A stretch of 59,092 bases of DNA from positions 1-59,092 of the forward strand of contig RKRQ01000072.1 of NCBI GenBank assembly GCA_007571325.1, in the 5' to 3' direction. Numbering within the stretch: the stretch's first letter is position 1; every line of letters starts with the position of its first letter. The position numbers and the translations under genes were made by a program. Positions 36,976 to 47,476 of this stretch are shown piece by piece. The DNA comes from Candidatus Dadabacteria bacterium. Its GTDB lineage: Bacteria > Desulfobacterota_D > UBA1144 > Nemesobacterales > Nemesobacteraceae. Below the pieces are notes generated by a model. That model had not been told where the DNA came from. It made no database searches and saw nothing but the letters and a program-made list of their open reading frames with translations.

Positions 36976-37950
36976 GTGGAGACTGGAGCAATCGCTTCCC
37001 ATAAAAATACGGAAAAATTGAGGATTCTATTCGCCGGGACACCAGAATTCGCTGTACCGTCGCTTGTGAAGCTTTGCAACTCCGCTCACGAGATAGTTGC
37101 ACTTGTTTCAAGGCCGGACAGACCTAAGGGGAGAAGCCGAAAGCCCATATGGACGGAGACGAAAAAAATTGCCATGAAGCATGAAATACCCGTTTTTCAG
37201 CCTCAGGACTTAAAAACACCTGAATTCATGGAAACCCTAAAGACGCTTTCCCCAGATCTGATAGCGGTTGTAGCCTACGGGAGAATATTTCCTGCATATT
37301 TGCTAAATGCGCCACGGCTCGGCTGTATAAATCTTCACGCATCACTTCTCCCCGCTTACAGAGGTGCCGCTCCCATTAACTGGGCCATAGCAAACGGAGA
37401 GAAAAAAACGGGAGTTACAATCATGATGATGGATGAAGGCATGGACACGGGAGATATTCTTACCCAAAAAGAAACTCCCATAGGGAACGAGGAAAATGCC
37501 GAGGAACTTTCCAGAAGACTTTCCCTTGAGGGGGCAGGACTTCTCCTGGAAACAATCAACCGAATCGCAAAAAATGATATACATGCTGTAAAACAGGATT
37601 CAGATGCAGCCACCTACGCCCCCCTCATATCGAGGGAAAATGGCAAGGTGGATTGGGGACGAGGAGCAGAAGAGATAAAAAACTTGGTAAGAGCAATGAC
37701 TCCGTGGCCATGTGCTCATACCACTTTGGAAGGGAAAAATCTAAAGATATTTAAAGCACTCGCGGGTGAAGGGCGGGGAAAGCCGGGAGAGATAGTATCA
37801 ACAGGAGATAAAAGCTTAGACGTCGCAACGGGCAATGGAATTCTTAAGATACTTTCTCTTCAGATTGAAGGTGGGAGAAAGATGGATGCATCTGAATTCA
37901 AGCGAGGCAGAAAAAATCTTAAGAAAGGACAGTTTATGGGAATTTCTTAA
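36976..37950 (+). CDS. fmt: methionyl-tRNA formyltransferase
   Basis: FAGTPEFA, VVAYGRI, INLHASLLP.YRGAAPI, MDEGMDTG. Confidence 0.97.
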   Translation: METGAIASHKNTEKLRILFAGTPEFAVPSLVKLCNSAHEIVALVSRPDRPKGRSRKPIWTETKKIAMKHEIPVFQPQDLKTPEFMETLKTLSPDLIAVVAYGRIFPAYLLNAPRLGCINLHASLLPAYRGAAPINWAIANGEKKTGVTIMMMDEGMDTGDILTQKETPIGNEENAEELSRRLSLEGAGLLLETINRIAKNDIHAVKQDSDAATYAPLISRENGKVDWGRGAEEIKNLVRAMTPWPCAHTTLEGKNLKIFKALAGEGRGKPGEIVSTGDKSLDVATGNGILKILSLQIEGGRKMDASEFKRGRKNLKKGQFMGIS

Positions 37951-37956
37951 AGTTCC

Positions 37957-38334
37957 CTATATACGGATTGATATCTCGAAAGTTCCTATTTTCACTTTAC
38001 CGGCGAGTCCGCATTTCCAGCAAATATCGGTAACATGAGTTTTCGACTTCGATGGAACAAGTAAAATCAATTGAACGGAAAGCTCCGAGAGCTTTTTCCA
38101 GTATTCACTTCTTTTCTCATCAATAGTAGCTTCGGTCTCGACTTCAATAATCTGCACAACCTGTCCGTAGGAACCGAGGATTATATCGGGGAAAAAACCT
38201 TCAAACTCGTAAAGCTCCTCTTCCCAAGGGTTGGTATGGATCTCCTTATAAAGCGAGGAGTAGTTGTGTTCCACCTGCTTTATAACGCAGTCGTGCATGA
38301 ACTTCTGCTCACTCGTAATCTTCATATCTCCCAC
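37957..38334 (-). CDS. hypothetical protein with PD-(D/E)XK-like motif
   Basis: FPDIIL..IIEVET; overlaps the nadK 3' end; alternative ATG at 38325. Confidence 0.6.
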   Translation of the reverse strand: MGDMKITSEQKFMHDCVIKQVEHNYSSLYKEIHTNPWEEELYEFEGFFPDIILGSYGQVVQIIEVETEATIDEKRSEYWKKLSELSVQLILLVPSKSKTHVTDICWKCGLAGKVKIGTFEISIRI

Positions 38335-39175
38335 TCCACATAAGTTTTGTTTTCAAGATATCAAAATAATCTCTAAAAGGAGATTTTATAATATTTACGT
38401 AAAACTCAGAACTTTCGAGAACAATCTCATCACCAAGATAAAGAGGCATTCCAACCTGACCGTCAAGCGTAAGGTAGGTATTCTGTATATCTGTAAGCAC
38501 CTTTGTCTTTATCTTTTTAGTATTGGGGACTACAATAGGTCTGTTGGTAAGAATATGCGGACATATGGGAGTAACTGTTATCACGGGTAACGTGGGATAA
38601 ATTATAGGTCCACCTGCGGAAAGAGAGTAAGCAGTCGAACCCGTCGGAGTCGCAAATATAATTCCATCGGCCTTAAAAGTCGTTACGTATTCCTCATCTA
38701 TGTATATTGCAAGGTCAACAACCTTAGAAATGGGACCGTTGTTTATCACAATGTCGTTCAATACCATGAATTCTTCCCGGTTTTTATCCTTTCTCGCTAC
38801 GTAACCCGATATCATCTCCCTTTTCTCAATCTTGTAATCTCCGGCGATTACCCTTTCCATCATTGGAAAAAACTCATTCACGGTAAATTCCGTTAGAAAC
38901 CCAAGCCCACCTAGGTTACAACCAAGTATTGGAACATCGTATCCCCGCGCCATGCGGGAAGCCCAGATAAAGGAACCGTCACCGCCGAAAACGACTATTA
39001 CGTCAACGGCCGCTGCCAGGTCCCGCTCCGGGAGCACACTCTGCACATCTATGACACGGCCAAGCGTCTCCTCAACAAAAAACTCTATGTCTCTTTCGCC
39101 AAGCCATCCACAAAATCTTTTGGCAATCTCATAGACTTGCGCAGTATCTTTTTTCCCTGTTATACCAAACTTCAA
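38309..39175 (-). CDS. nadK: NAD(+) kinase
   Basis: GGDGS, GGLGFL, NDIV, DGIIFATPTGSTAYSLSAGGP; TTG start. Confidence 0.97.
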   Translation of the reverse strand: MKFGITGKKDTAQVYEIAKRFCGWLGERDIEFFVEETLGRVIDVQSVLPERDLAAAVDVIVVFGGDGSFIWASRMARGYDVPILGCNLGGLGFLTEFTVNEFFPMMERVIAGDYKIEKREMISGYVARKDKNREEFMVLNDIVINNGPISKVVDLAIYIDEEYVTTFKADGIIFATPTGSTAYSLSAGGPIIYPTLPVITVTPICPHILTNRPIVVPNTKKIKTKVLTDIQNTYLTLDGQVGMPLYLGDEIVLESSEFYVNIIKSPFRDYFDILKTKLMWSGRYEDYE

Positions 39176-40294
39176 TCTGGCCCCTCACTTAGATTTTCAG
39201 TCTCTTTATGCAAGAAATATGATTCTATGAAATCATCTATATGTCCATCAAGTACCGCGTCGACTCCCGAAGACTCAAAATCTGTTCGGTGGTCCTTAAC
39301 CATGCGGTAAGGATGCATAATGTACGATCTTATCTGACTTCCCCAACCAATGTTCTTTTTAGATGAATTGAGTTCCTCTTCTTTCTTCTTTTCTTCGGCT
39401 TTGCGGAATTCGTAAAGTCTTGCTTTGAGTATCCTCATCGCGCTTTCCTTATTCTGGCGTTGTGACCTTTCGTTCTGGCAGCTGACCACTACACCTGTGG
39501 GGAAGTGAGTAATCCGAACCGCAGAATCAGTCTTGTTAACATGCTGCCCGCCCTTTCCACTAGCACGGTAAGTGTCAATCCTTAGGTCTTTTTCTTCTAC
39601 GTTGATCTCTATTGAATCATCTATATCCGGAGAAACAAAAACCGAGGCAAATGATGTATGTCTCCTTTTGTTGGAATCAAACGGGGATATCCTTACGAGC
39701 CTGTGAACCCCAGTCTCCGCCTTTAGGTAACCGAAGGCGAATTTCCCTTCGGCCAAGATGGTAGCGCTTCTTATTCCCGCTTCCTCTCCATCCTGAGTTT
39801 CAAGCAGTTTGGCGGAAAACCCCTTTCTCTCCATATATCGAAGGTACATGCGAAGGAGCATCTCGGTCCAGTCCTGAGCCTCCGCTCCTCCAGCTCCAGA
39901 GTTTACCGATACAATGGCGTTTCGCGCATCATCTGGACCACCGAGGATACGGGCAAATTCAAGTTCGGTGAGCTTCGCGTCAACAGACGCAAGCATGCTG
40001 TGCGCCTCTTGAATAGAGTCTTGATCGTCTTCAGAAAAGGCAAGCTCGAAAAGGCAGGCCGCATCCTCCATATCTGAATGGAGTTTCTCAAATCCCAAAA
40101 CGCAATCTTTGATTTCCGATTGCTCCTGAAGCGTTTTGCGCGCTAGTTCGGAGTTATCCCAGAAGCCGGGGTCAACAGTAATTTCTTCAAGTTCTTTGAG
40201 TCTTTTTGTCTTGGAGGGCAGGTCAAAGACAGTCTCCCGTTCTGTGTATCCTGCTTCTCAGATCCTTTATGAAACTGCGCAGTTCTTCTTTCAT
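39172..40294 (-). CDS. prfB: peptide chain release factor 2 with programmed +1 frameshift (join 40294-40226, 40224-39172; 373 aa)
   Basis: ATG40294 with AGGAGG RBS, 23 codons ending CTT TGA C at 40228-40222; SPF and GGQ motifs in the downstream frame. Confidence 0.97.
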
Positions 40295-40444
40295 CTCAGA
40301 TACCTCCTTAAAACATTATGAAGCATAGTACGCAAATAACCTCCGAATTCAAAAAAAACGCCTCGAAAATCAATTGAAACGCCACACGTTAGTGGGTATT
40401 TTATGCCCTTTAATTTAACCCCTATAATCAGGCGAGGAAAAACA

Positions 40445-41584
40445 ATGAAAAAATTGCTGTTGACCCCCGGTCCCGTGGCGGTCTCAAGTGAAATAATGGT
40501 TGAGATGGCAAAACCGCTTATTCATCACAGAACCAAGGAGTTTGAAGCTATATTTGAACGGGCAAGAAACGGACTGAAACATATTTTCCAGACTGAAAAC
40601 GAAGTTTTCATACTGGCAGCCTCAGGAACCGGCGCCATGGAAGGAGCAATTGTAAACACTCTTTGTGCAGGCGATAAGGTGATCGCTGTAAACGGCGGAA
40701 AATTCGGAGAGAGATGGGGAAAGATAGCAAGGGCCTATAAACTTGAAGTAAATGAAATAGAAGTTACATGGGGCAAGGCGGTTTCACCTGAAATTATAGA
40801 AGAAAAACTTGACAGAGACCCATCTATAAAAGCGGTTTTAATGCAAGCAAGCGAAACCTCAACAGGTATAAAGCATCCTACTGAACAGATTGCGGCTATT
40901 ACTTCGAAAAGAGATGATGTTCTGCTCATAGTCGACGGCATAACGGCAGTTGGGGTATTTCCTCTTCCTTTTGATGAACTGGGAATTGACGTTCTTGTGG
41001 GCGGTTCGCAAAAGGCTTTTATGCTTCCACCGGGACTCTCATTCGCAACAATGAGCGAAAAAGCCTGGAAATTCAACAAAACCTCAAACCTTCCGAAATT
41101 CTATCTCAATTTTTCCGATTACCTAAAAAGTGCCAAGAAAAACACGACACCCTGGACTCCCGCGGTCACTCTTATAATCGGTCTCGGCAAAGTTATAGGG
41201 GACTTCTTAGAAGAGGGGATGGAAAACATTTACAGAAAACGCCAAGTAATGTCGCTTGCTACCCGCGAGGCTCTTGAAGCAATCGACATAGATCTTTTCA
41301 CCACAGACGAAGCAAGCCCTGCTCTTACCGTAGGAATAGCACCCGAAGAAATAGGGGCGGGGAAAATCATCTCTGATCTCCAGAACAAATACCAAATGAC
41401 CGTAGCCGGGGGGCAGGACGACGCCAAGGGAAAAATCTTCAGGGTATCTCACATAGGAGATATAGACAGAAACGATATGGTGGCATTTATCTCAGCCCTT
41501 GAATCCACTCTGGCATCCCTGGGACATAATTTTACAATTGGAGCTGGTGTCTCCAAAGTCTCAGAGGTATTGGCAACAGCTTAG
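40445..41584 (+). CDS. class V PLP aminotransferase (serine-pyruvate / alanine-glyoxylate type)
   Basis: LLTPGP, HHRT, SGTGAME, ETSTG, GSQKAFMLPPG; ATG40445 after GAGG. Confidence 0.9.
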   Translation: MKKLLLTPGPVAVSSEIMVEMAKPLIHHRTKEFEAIFERARNGLKHIFQTENEVFILAASGTGAMEGAIVNTLCAGDKVIAVNGGKFGERWGKIARAYKLEVNEIEVTWGKAVSPEIIEEKLDRDPSIKAVLMQASETSTGIKHPTEQIAAITSKRDDVLLIVDGITAVGVFPLPFDELGIDVLVGGSQKAFMLPPGLSFATMSEKAWKFNKTSNLPKFYLNFSDYLKSAKKNTTPWTPAVTLIIGLGKVIGDFLEEGMENIYRKRQVMSLATREALEAIDIDLFTTDEASPALTVGIAPEEIGAGKIISDLQNKYQMTVAGGQDDAKGKIFRVSHIGDIDRNDMVAFISALESTLASLGHNFTIGAGVSKVSEVLATA

Positions 41585-41649
41585 TTGTCTTTAATTAAGC
41601 AAAATCCGAGATCTGTTTGTGCAACCGGTTTCCCTCTGGGAGATCATAT

Positions 41650-41931
41650 TCAGGAAAAATGTTTTGAGACAAGCGGGTCGCTGTCTATTTCCGAGATAAG
41701 ATACCCCGTCCCGTAATAATCACCTGAGTTGTGGTAGAGCCTGATTCCTTGGGGAGTAGTAAGATAATTTCCCGTTTTTACGGTCTGTTCCGGAAGACCA
41801 ACCTCATACACACTGTATCCAATAGTTCCACTTCCTATGTTAACTTTTTTCCGCTCTTCCCTTAACTTCCTAACGCTTTTTGCTATATCCCAGGCTTTGG
41901 GATAAATGTGTCCTCTAACAAGAAATTTCAT
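41650..41931 (-). CDS. hypothetical protein (93 aa)
   Basis: Intact ORF co-oriented with aroC; no family recognised. Confidence 0.55.
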   Translation of the reverse strand: MKFLVRGHIYPKAWDIAKSVRKLREERKKVNIGSGTIGYSVYEVGLPEQTVKTGNYLTTPQGIRLYHNSGDYYGTGYLISEIDSDPLVSKHFS

Positions 41932-41946
41932 GACAATTAAAAGAAA

Positions 41947-42291
41947 CTAAGAAACCTCCATTTCCACACGGTCCACCAAACTTATGCACATCATTATCTT
42001 ATCTATCGCCGGATTTCTTTTATGGGTAAAAGTTTCTGAAATCTCCCCGCCGCAATCTCCACACATACCACCCTCATCAAACTTCTTTTCACAATCATCG
42101 CAGTAATATGTTTTGAGGTTGTACCAGTGTAAAGAAGAATAAAGAAGTTCCCTAAAACCGCTTTTGCTAAAACACTCCCCCCATTCGGAAATCGCTTCAA
42201 CTAGGTTACGACGGTAATAATCGGGTATTTCCTCAAGATGTCCCGAGTATATCTCTTCCTGTCCTATATAGATTCTAAATAGTTCCGACAT
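41947..42291 (-). CDS. hypothetical protein with Zn-ribbon (CDDC..CGDC)
   Basis: Two CxxC pairs; ATG42291 avoids overlap with aroC. Confidence 0.65.
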   Translation of the reverse strand: MSELFRIYIGQEEIYSGHLEEIPDYYRRNLVEAISEWGECFSKSGFRELLYSSLHWYNLKTYYCDDCEKKFDEGGMCGDCGGEISETFTHKRNPAIDKIMMCISLVDRVEMEVS

Positions 42292-42301
42292 TCCAGTAAA
42301 A

Positions 42302-43372
42302 TCAGATTTTTGACAGTTTTGAGACCAGAAGGTGATCAACCAAAACGAGATTAACCATGGCTTCCGCTATTGGAACCGCTCTGGGGCAAAGACACGGGTC
42401 GTGTCTCCCCTTTACCCGCAGTTCCCTTTTTTCTCCTTTTTTATCTACAGTATACTGAACTTGAGATATTGAAGAAGTCGGTTTTATAGCAATTCTCACA
42501 ACCAAGTCTTCCCCATTAGTTATTCCTCCTAGAAGACCACCAGAGTTGTTTGTTTTAAAACCGAGAGTCCCATCTTCCTTTTTATACATGAGATCGTTTA
42601 TCTGCGACCCTTTCTTCTCAACGACTCCAAACCCCATCCCAACTTCAAAACCCCTTATTCCTCCTATACTCATAAGCGCACTAGCAAGATCAGCATCAAG
42701 CTTGTTAAACACAGGCTCTCCGAGGCCCGAAGGAAGTCCTTGAGACACCACCTCAACAGTTCCTCCCACCGAATCTCCTTTCTTTCTTACCGATTCTATA
42801 AGATTGATCATACTCCGGGCAGCTTCAGGGTCGGGACAGCGGACTGGATTTTTCTCGACCTGGTCAAGATCAATGTCCTGAGCAATTATGTCTCCCACCT
42901 GTTTTACATATCCTATAGTAGTTACTCCGTGAGAGTTCAAAATTTTCTTAGCTATAGAAGCTGCAGCTACCCTGCCTACCGTTTCCCGAGCTGAAGAACG
43001 CCCTCCTCCGCGATGATCTCTGCGCCCATACTTTTCATCATAAGTGAAATCGGCGTGCCCGGGACGATATATATCTTTTATGTCTTCATAGGACTTTGAT
43101 ATGGCATCTGTGTTCTTCACCATCATGGATATTGGAGTCCCAAGAGTTTTTCCTTCAAAAACACCTGAAAGTATCTCGATTGCGTCGGCTTCCTTTCTCT
43201 GTGTGGTAATCCTGCTTTGCCCAGGACGCCTCCTGTCGAGTTCGTACTGTATGTCCTCTGGAGAAACCTCAAGTCCCGCGGGGCAGCCGTCAACTACAAC
43301 TCCCAATGCAGGTCCGTGGGATTCTCCCCAAGTGGTAATTCTGAAAAATCTTCCGAAACTGTTTCCCGCCAC
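42302..43372 (-). CDS. aroC: chorismate synthase
   Basis: GESHG, RRPGQS, RPGHAD, RSSARET, GRHDPC. Confidence 0.98.
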   Translation of the reverse strand: MAGNSFGRFFRITTWGESHGPALGVVVDGCPAGLEVSPEDIQYELDRRRPGQSRITTQRKEADAIEILSGVFEGKTLGTPISMMVKNTDAISKSYEDIKDIYRPGHADFTYDEKYGRRDHRGGGRSSARETVGRVAAASIAKKILNSHGVTTIGYVKQVGDIIAQDIDLDQVEKNPVRCPDPEAARSMINLIESVRKKGDSVGGTVEVVSQGLPSGLGEPVFNKLDADLASALMSIGGIRGFEVGMGFGVVEKKGSQINDLMYKKEDGTLGFKTNNSGGLLGGITNGEDLVVRIAIKPTSSISQVQYTVDKKGEKRELRVKGRHDPCLCPRAVPIAEAMVNLVLVDHLLVSKLSKI

Positions 43373-43387
43373 TTTACTCTCTTTTCT

Positions 43388-44374
43388 TTAGCTCAGATAG
43401 CCGTTTTCCCTGAACCACTCCACGGTTTTCCGTATAGTTTGCTCAATTGGAGTCACGGTGAACCCGAGTTCTCTTACGGCCTTTGAATTGTCAGCGTGCC
43501 AGTTGTACCTAGAAAGCTTTATAGAATCAATGTCGAGCGTGGAATAATTCGGAAATTTTAATCTCAAAACTCTTTCAAGAAGAAACGCGGTGGTGTAAGC
43601 AAACACATAGGGAATTTTGATCTTTGGGGATGAAATTCCAGTTACTTTCTCAAGAAGGGCGAAATAACTTTGCACATTGACGTTCTCATTGGCGAGTATA
43701 TAACGCTCTCCGGGCTTTCCATGCTTTTCCGCGAGCAGATGCCCATTCGCAACGTCCTCAACATCCACAACATTGAACGTGCCATCCATATAACCCGGGA
43801 ATTTTTTCTTGCAGAACCAGAGAACCGACCCCGAACTTGAAAGATAGATATCCCCGACACCAAGAACTACCGAAGGATTCAGTATGACCACGGGAAGACC
43901 TTTTTCGCTGAAGCTTTGTGCCTCCCTTTCCGCTAGATACTTGCAGTTCATATACCCTATTCCCTCGGAGTAAAGATCATATTGCGTGGATTCCGTGACG
44001 GGGGAGCCATCCCGCTCAACGCCTATTGCAGCCACACTGCTTGTGAAAAGCACTTTTGATATTCCAACATCCATAGCGGCGGAGAGAACATTTGAAGCTC
44101 CGCGCACATTTATATCCAGCATTTTCTGATGATCAGACTTTTTAAACGATACGAATCCTGCAGTGTGAAAGAGTGTGTCGCATCCAGAAAAAGCAGATTT
44201 AAGAGAATCAGGGTCTCCCACATCTCCGTAGACCTTCTCCACATCAAGGGAATCTATATTTTTTGTATTGCTCGTCTTTCTGATTAGAACCTTGACCCGG
44301 TCCCCCCTCTCAACCAGTTTTTTCGTTATGTGCGATCCTATAAAACCGGTCGCCCCAGTAACTATTGTCGCCAT
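43388..44374 (-). CDS. NAD-dependent epimerase/dehydratase (HpnA/DFR-like extended SDR)
   Basis: TGATGFIG, FHTAG, TSS, YMNCK, VDVEDVANGH. Confidence 0.88.
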   Translation of the reverse strand: MATIVTGATGFIGSHITKKLVERGDRVKVLIRKTSNTKNIDSLDVEKVYGDVGDPDSLKSAFSGCDTLFHTAGFVSFKKSDHQKMLDINVRGASNVLSAAMDVGISKVLFTSSVAAIGVERDGSPVTESTQYDLYSEGIGYMNCKYLAEREAQSFSEKGLPVVILNPSVVLGVGDIYLSSSGSVLWFCKKKFPGYMDGTFNVVDVEDVANGHLLAEKHGKPGERYILANENVNVQSYFALLEKVTGISSPKIKIPYVFAYTTAFLLERVLRLKFPNYSTLDIDSIKLSRYNWHADNSKAVRELGFTVTPIEQTIRKTVEWFRENGYLS

Positions 44375-44489
44375 CTATACTTTCCTCCCGAGAAATTAAT
44401 TGAATAAAAACCCCTGTTTCAGAGAGTATAACAATTCCACCCGATAATGTACAAAAACAAACACAGAACCACTCACCGTTAAAACCTCG

Positions 44490-45500
44490 TTACACTATCA
44501 TCATAGAATCGCCGTAACTCAAGAATCTGTAATCCCGTGATTTCGCCTCTTCGTAAGCAGCAAGAGCCAATTCCCTAGTACCGCAGAATGCGGAAACAAG
44601 CATAAGAAGAGTTGAACAAGGCATATGAAAATTGGTTATCAAAACATCGACGAATCCAAATTCGTAAGGAGGTTTTATGAAGAGATCGGTCCTACCAGAA
44701 AAAGGTTTTATACTGCCATCCTCCCTTTTTGCAGACTCAAGAGCCCTTGTAACCGTAGTCCCTACGGAAATAATTCTTCTTTTGTCCGCTTTCGCCTTGT
44801 TAACGGCTTCTGCGGTCTCCTGTGATACAAGAACACGCTCGGAATGCATTTCGTGGTTATTGATCAATTCTTCCTTTACCGGCCTGAAAGTACCCTCTCC
44901 AACATGAAGAGTTACATATTTGAACAGAATTCCCTTTTCGCAAAGGTCGGAGATAAGTTCCTCGTCCAGATGAAGACCGGCTGTTGGAGCGGCAATGGCT
45001 CCCTCCTCGGTTGCGTAAACAGTCTGATAGGTTTTCTTATCCTCAGGCTGAGGTTCTCTTTCTATGTATGGCGGAAGCGGCATCCGTCCCGCACTTCTAA
45101 TAACCTGTTCGACGGGTTCACTGAATCTTATAGTCCAGCTTTTGTCGGGTTCCCTCTCGAGGCTACCCGATATTCCTCCGTCCAGTTTGATCCGAATGCC
45201 ATCGGTCGGATTTTTAAAAAGTACTTTCCACCGAGTCTCATCTTTTTTTTCAGTAAGAAGAAATTCGACAGTTCCCCTGCGTTCTACATATCCAGAAAGC
45301 CTTGTGGGAATTACCTTGGTATTGTTTAAAACCACCAAGTCGCCCCATTGAAGCAGGTTCCTAAGATCAGAAAACTTAGCATGAGAGAAACGCTGTGTTT
45401 TCCTATCAACAACAAGGAGCCGGGATGAACTACGCTTGGAAAGAGGGTATTGTGCAATCAGCCTCTGGGGAAGATCATAGTTGAATTGATCCGTTCTCAT
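44490..45500 (-). CDS. queA: S-adenosylmethionine:tRNA ribosyltransferase-isomerase
   Basis: LIAQYP, MPLPPYI, YQTVYA, AAPTAGLH, TNFH.P, YRFLSYGD. Confidence 0.98.
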   Translation of the reverse strand: MRTDQFNYDLPQRLIAQYPLSKRSSSRLLVVDRKTQRFSHAKFSDLRNLLQWGDLVVLNNTKVIPTRLSGYVERRGTVEFLLTEKKDETRWKVLFKNPTDGIRIKLDGGISGSLEREPDKSWTIRFSEPVEQVIRSAGRMPLPPYIEREPQPEDKKTYQTVYATEEGAIAAPTAGLHLDEELISDLCEKGILFKYVTLHVGEGTFRPVKEELINNHEMHSERVLVSQETAEAVNKAKADKRRIISVGTTVTRALESAKREDGSIKPFSGRTDLFIKPPYEFGFVDVLITNFHMPCSTLLMLVSAFCGTRELALAAYEEAKSRDYRFLSYGDSMMIV

Positions 45501-45512
45501 CCGCGGAAAAAG

Positions 45513-46715
45513 CTATTTTCCCTCAAGGAGTTTTTTAACGGAAAGCCGAAGCGAGTTTAGTTTTATGAATCCTGTAGCGTCTGACTGGTCGTAAACCGAA
45601 TCTTCCTCGAAAGTAGCCAAATTCTCGCTGTAAAGGGAATTTGGAGACTTCCTTCCACAAACAACAACGTTTCCCTTATAAAGCTTAAGCCTTACTGTAC
45701 CGCTCACATCTTTCTGACTCTGCTTTACGGCGGCAGTCAGCATTTCCATTTCGGGAGAAAACCAGAAACCGTAATAAATAAGTTCTGATATCTTGGGAAC
45801 CAGGGAATCCCTAAGGCGCATTACCTCTCTGTCCATAGTAATTGACTCAATAGCTCTGTGCGCCGCGTGAAGAATCGTGCCGCCAGGGGTCTCGTACACA
45901 CCCCTTGATTTCATTCCGACAAACCTGTTTTCAACAATATCGACCCTTCCGATTCCATTTGCGCCGGCAACATCGTTAAGTCCGGCAAGAAGAGAAGAAG
46001 GAGAAAGTTTCTCTCCATCTACTGAAACCGGTATACCGCTCTCAAATCCAATTTCCACATAAACGGGTTTATCAGGAGCCACCTCAGGAGAAACTGTCAT
46101 CTCAAACATGTCTTCAGGAGGTTCTGCCCATGGGTCCTCCAAGATTCCGCCCTCATAACTGGTATGAAGAAGGTTGCGGTCACAGCTGTAAGGTTTTTGC
46201 TCTACCACTGTAACATCTATCCCGTTTTCCCTAGCGTAATTTACAAGGTCGGTTCTTGATTTGAAATTCCATTCCCGCCACGGAGCTATAATCTTTATAT
46301 TAGGGTGAAGTGCATGGAAAGTAAGCTCAAAACGAACTTGATCGTTCCCTTTGCCCGTAGCTCCGTGTGAAACGGCGAAAGCTCCCTCGCGGTTGGCTAT
46401 TTCGATCTGCCTTTTGGCTATAAGCGGTCTGGCTATAGATGTACCAAGAAGGTAAGTTCCTTCATAAATAGCGTTGGCACTTATTGAAGGAAAAACATAA
46501 TCCTCAACGAATTCATCCCTAAGGTCTTCAATGAATACCGCGTATGCTCCGGTTTCCCAAGCTTTCTGCTCCGCCTTCTCTAAGTCTTCTTTCTGTCCTA
46601 TATCCGCTATATAGGCTATAACATCGGAGTCGTACTCATTTACTAGCCACTTGAGAATCACCGAGGTATCAAGCCCCCCGGAATAGGCGAGAACTATTTT
46701 GTTTTTCTCAGACAT
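45513..46715 (-). CDS. argG: argininosuccinate synthase
   Basis: [33 protein letters not shown]. Confidence 0.98.
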   Translation of the reverse strand: MSEKNKIVLAYSGGLDTSVILKWLVNEYDSDVIAYIADIGQKEDLEKAEQKAWETGAYAVFIEDLRDEFVEDYVFPSISANAIYEGTYLLGTSIARPLIAKRQIEIANREGAFAVSHGATGKGNDQVRFELTFHALHPNIKIIAPWREWNFKSRTDLVNYARENGIDVTVVEQKPYSCDRNLLHTSYEGGILEDPWAEPPEDMFEMTVSPEVAPDKPVYVEIGFESGIPVSVDGEKLSPSSLLAGLNDVAGANGIGRVDIVENRFVGMKSRGVYETPGGTILHAAHRAIESITMDREVMRLRDSLVPKISELIYYGFWFSPEMEMLTAAVKQSQKDVSGTVRLKLYKGNVVVCGRKSPNSLYSENLATFEEDSVYDQSDATGFIKLNSLRLSVKKLLEGK

Positions 46716-46758
46716 TTCTACTGTCTACCCAAGATTTTTCCGCACACGGAAGACCTGA

Positions 46759-47187
46759 TCAAGGCTTATCCTGATTCTGTTCGGAAACGGGGCGAAGGTC
46801 AAGAAGATAAAATTTTATCCCCTTGTTCTGGTAGAACTTTTCAAGTGAGAGACCTGCATACTCTATTTTCTGGATATCGTCTCCGGTATAGTTGAGGTTT
46901 TTCACCTCACCCGAAAGCTTACAGGAAAACGGTACATCCTTATCCGGCCTTTCCTGACATATAAAACCCATGTCTATCGGCCCACTCAAATCCATGCTCA
47001 AAGGAACAATAAATCCCACCACCAGCTTCGCGCTCTGCAACTCAATCACCATGATCTTTACCCTGCTCGAATCTTCCTCATCTCCAACTTCCATCACGTA
47101 GCCGTAGTAGTTGATTTCCTTGTTCTGCTCGCTAAGAGAGTTCATGTACCAGTAATCCTCTGAATCTAGCCAGGACATTATTTTCAT
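46759..47187 (-). CDS. hypothetical acidic protein (142 aa)
   Basis: GGAGG RBS, intact ORF upstream of argG; no family recognised. Confidence 0.65.
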   Translation of the reverse strand: MKIMSWLDSEDYWYMNSLSEQNKEINYYGYVMEVGDEEDSSRVKIMVIELQSAKLVVGFIVPLSMDLSGPIDMGFICQERPDKDVPFSCKLSGEVKNLNYTGDDIQKIEYAGLSLEKFYQNKGIKFYLLDLRPVSEQNQDKP

Positions 47188-47476
47188 TGTTTTTTCCTCC
47201 GAGAATCTACATGGGTTTTCTAGGGAATTATATACTACTTTCTACGTGTAACAATACTGAATTATACACCTGTTGCCCATTGGGGTTGAATCTACTAATC
47301 AACTTTGTCAGGACAAAAAATGCTCCCAGCAGGGAGAATCTGTAAACTTATCTGTTTGTGCCTCTTAGATATAATTTCCAAATCCATTATATCTTCAGGT
47401 TTTATGTAGAGAACATGTTAATTTTTCGTAAAATCCTCTTCCAAAAACCTTTCAGCCTCTTTCTTATCCCACTAGG

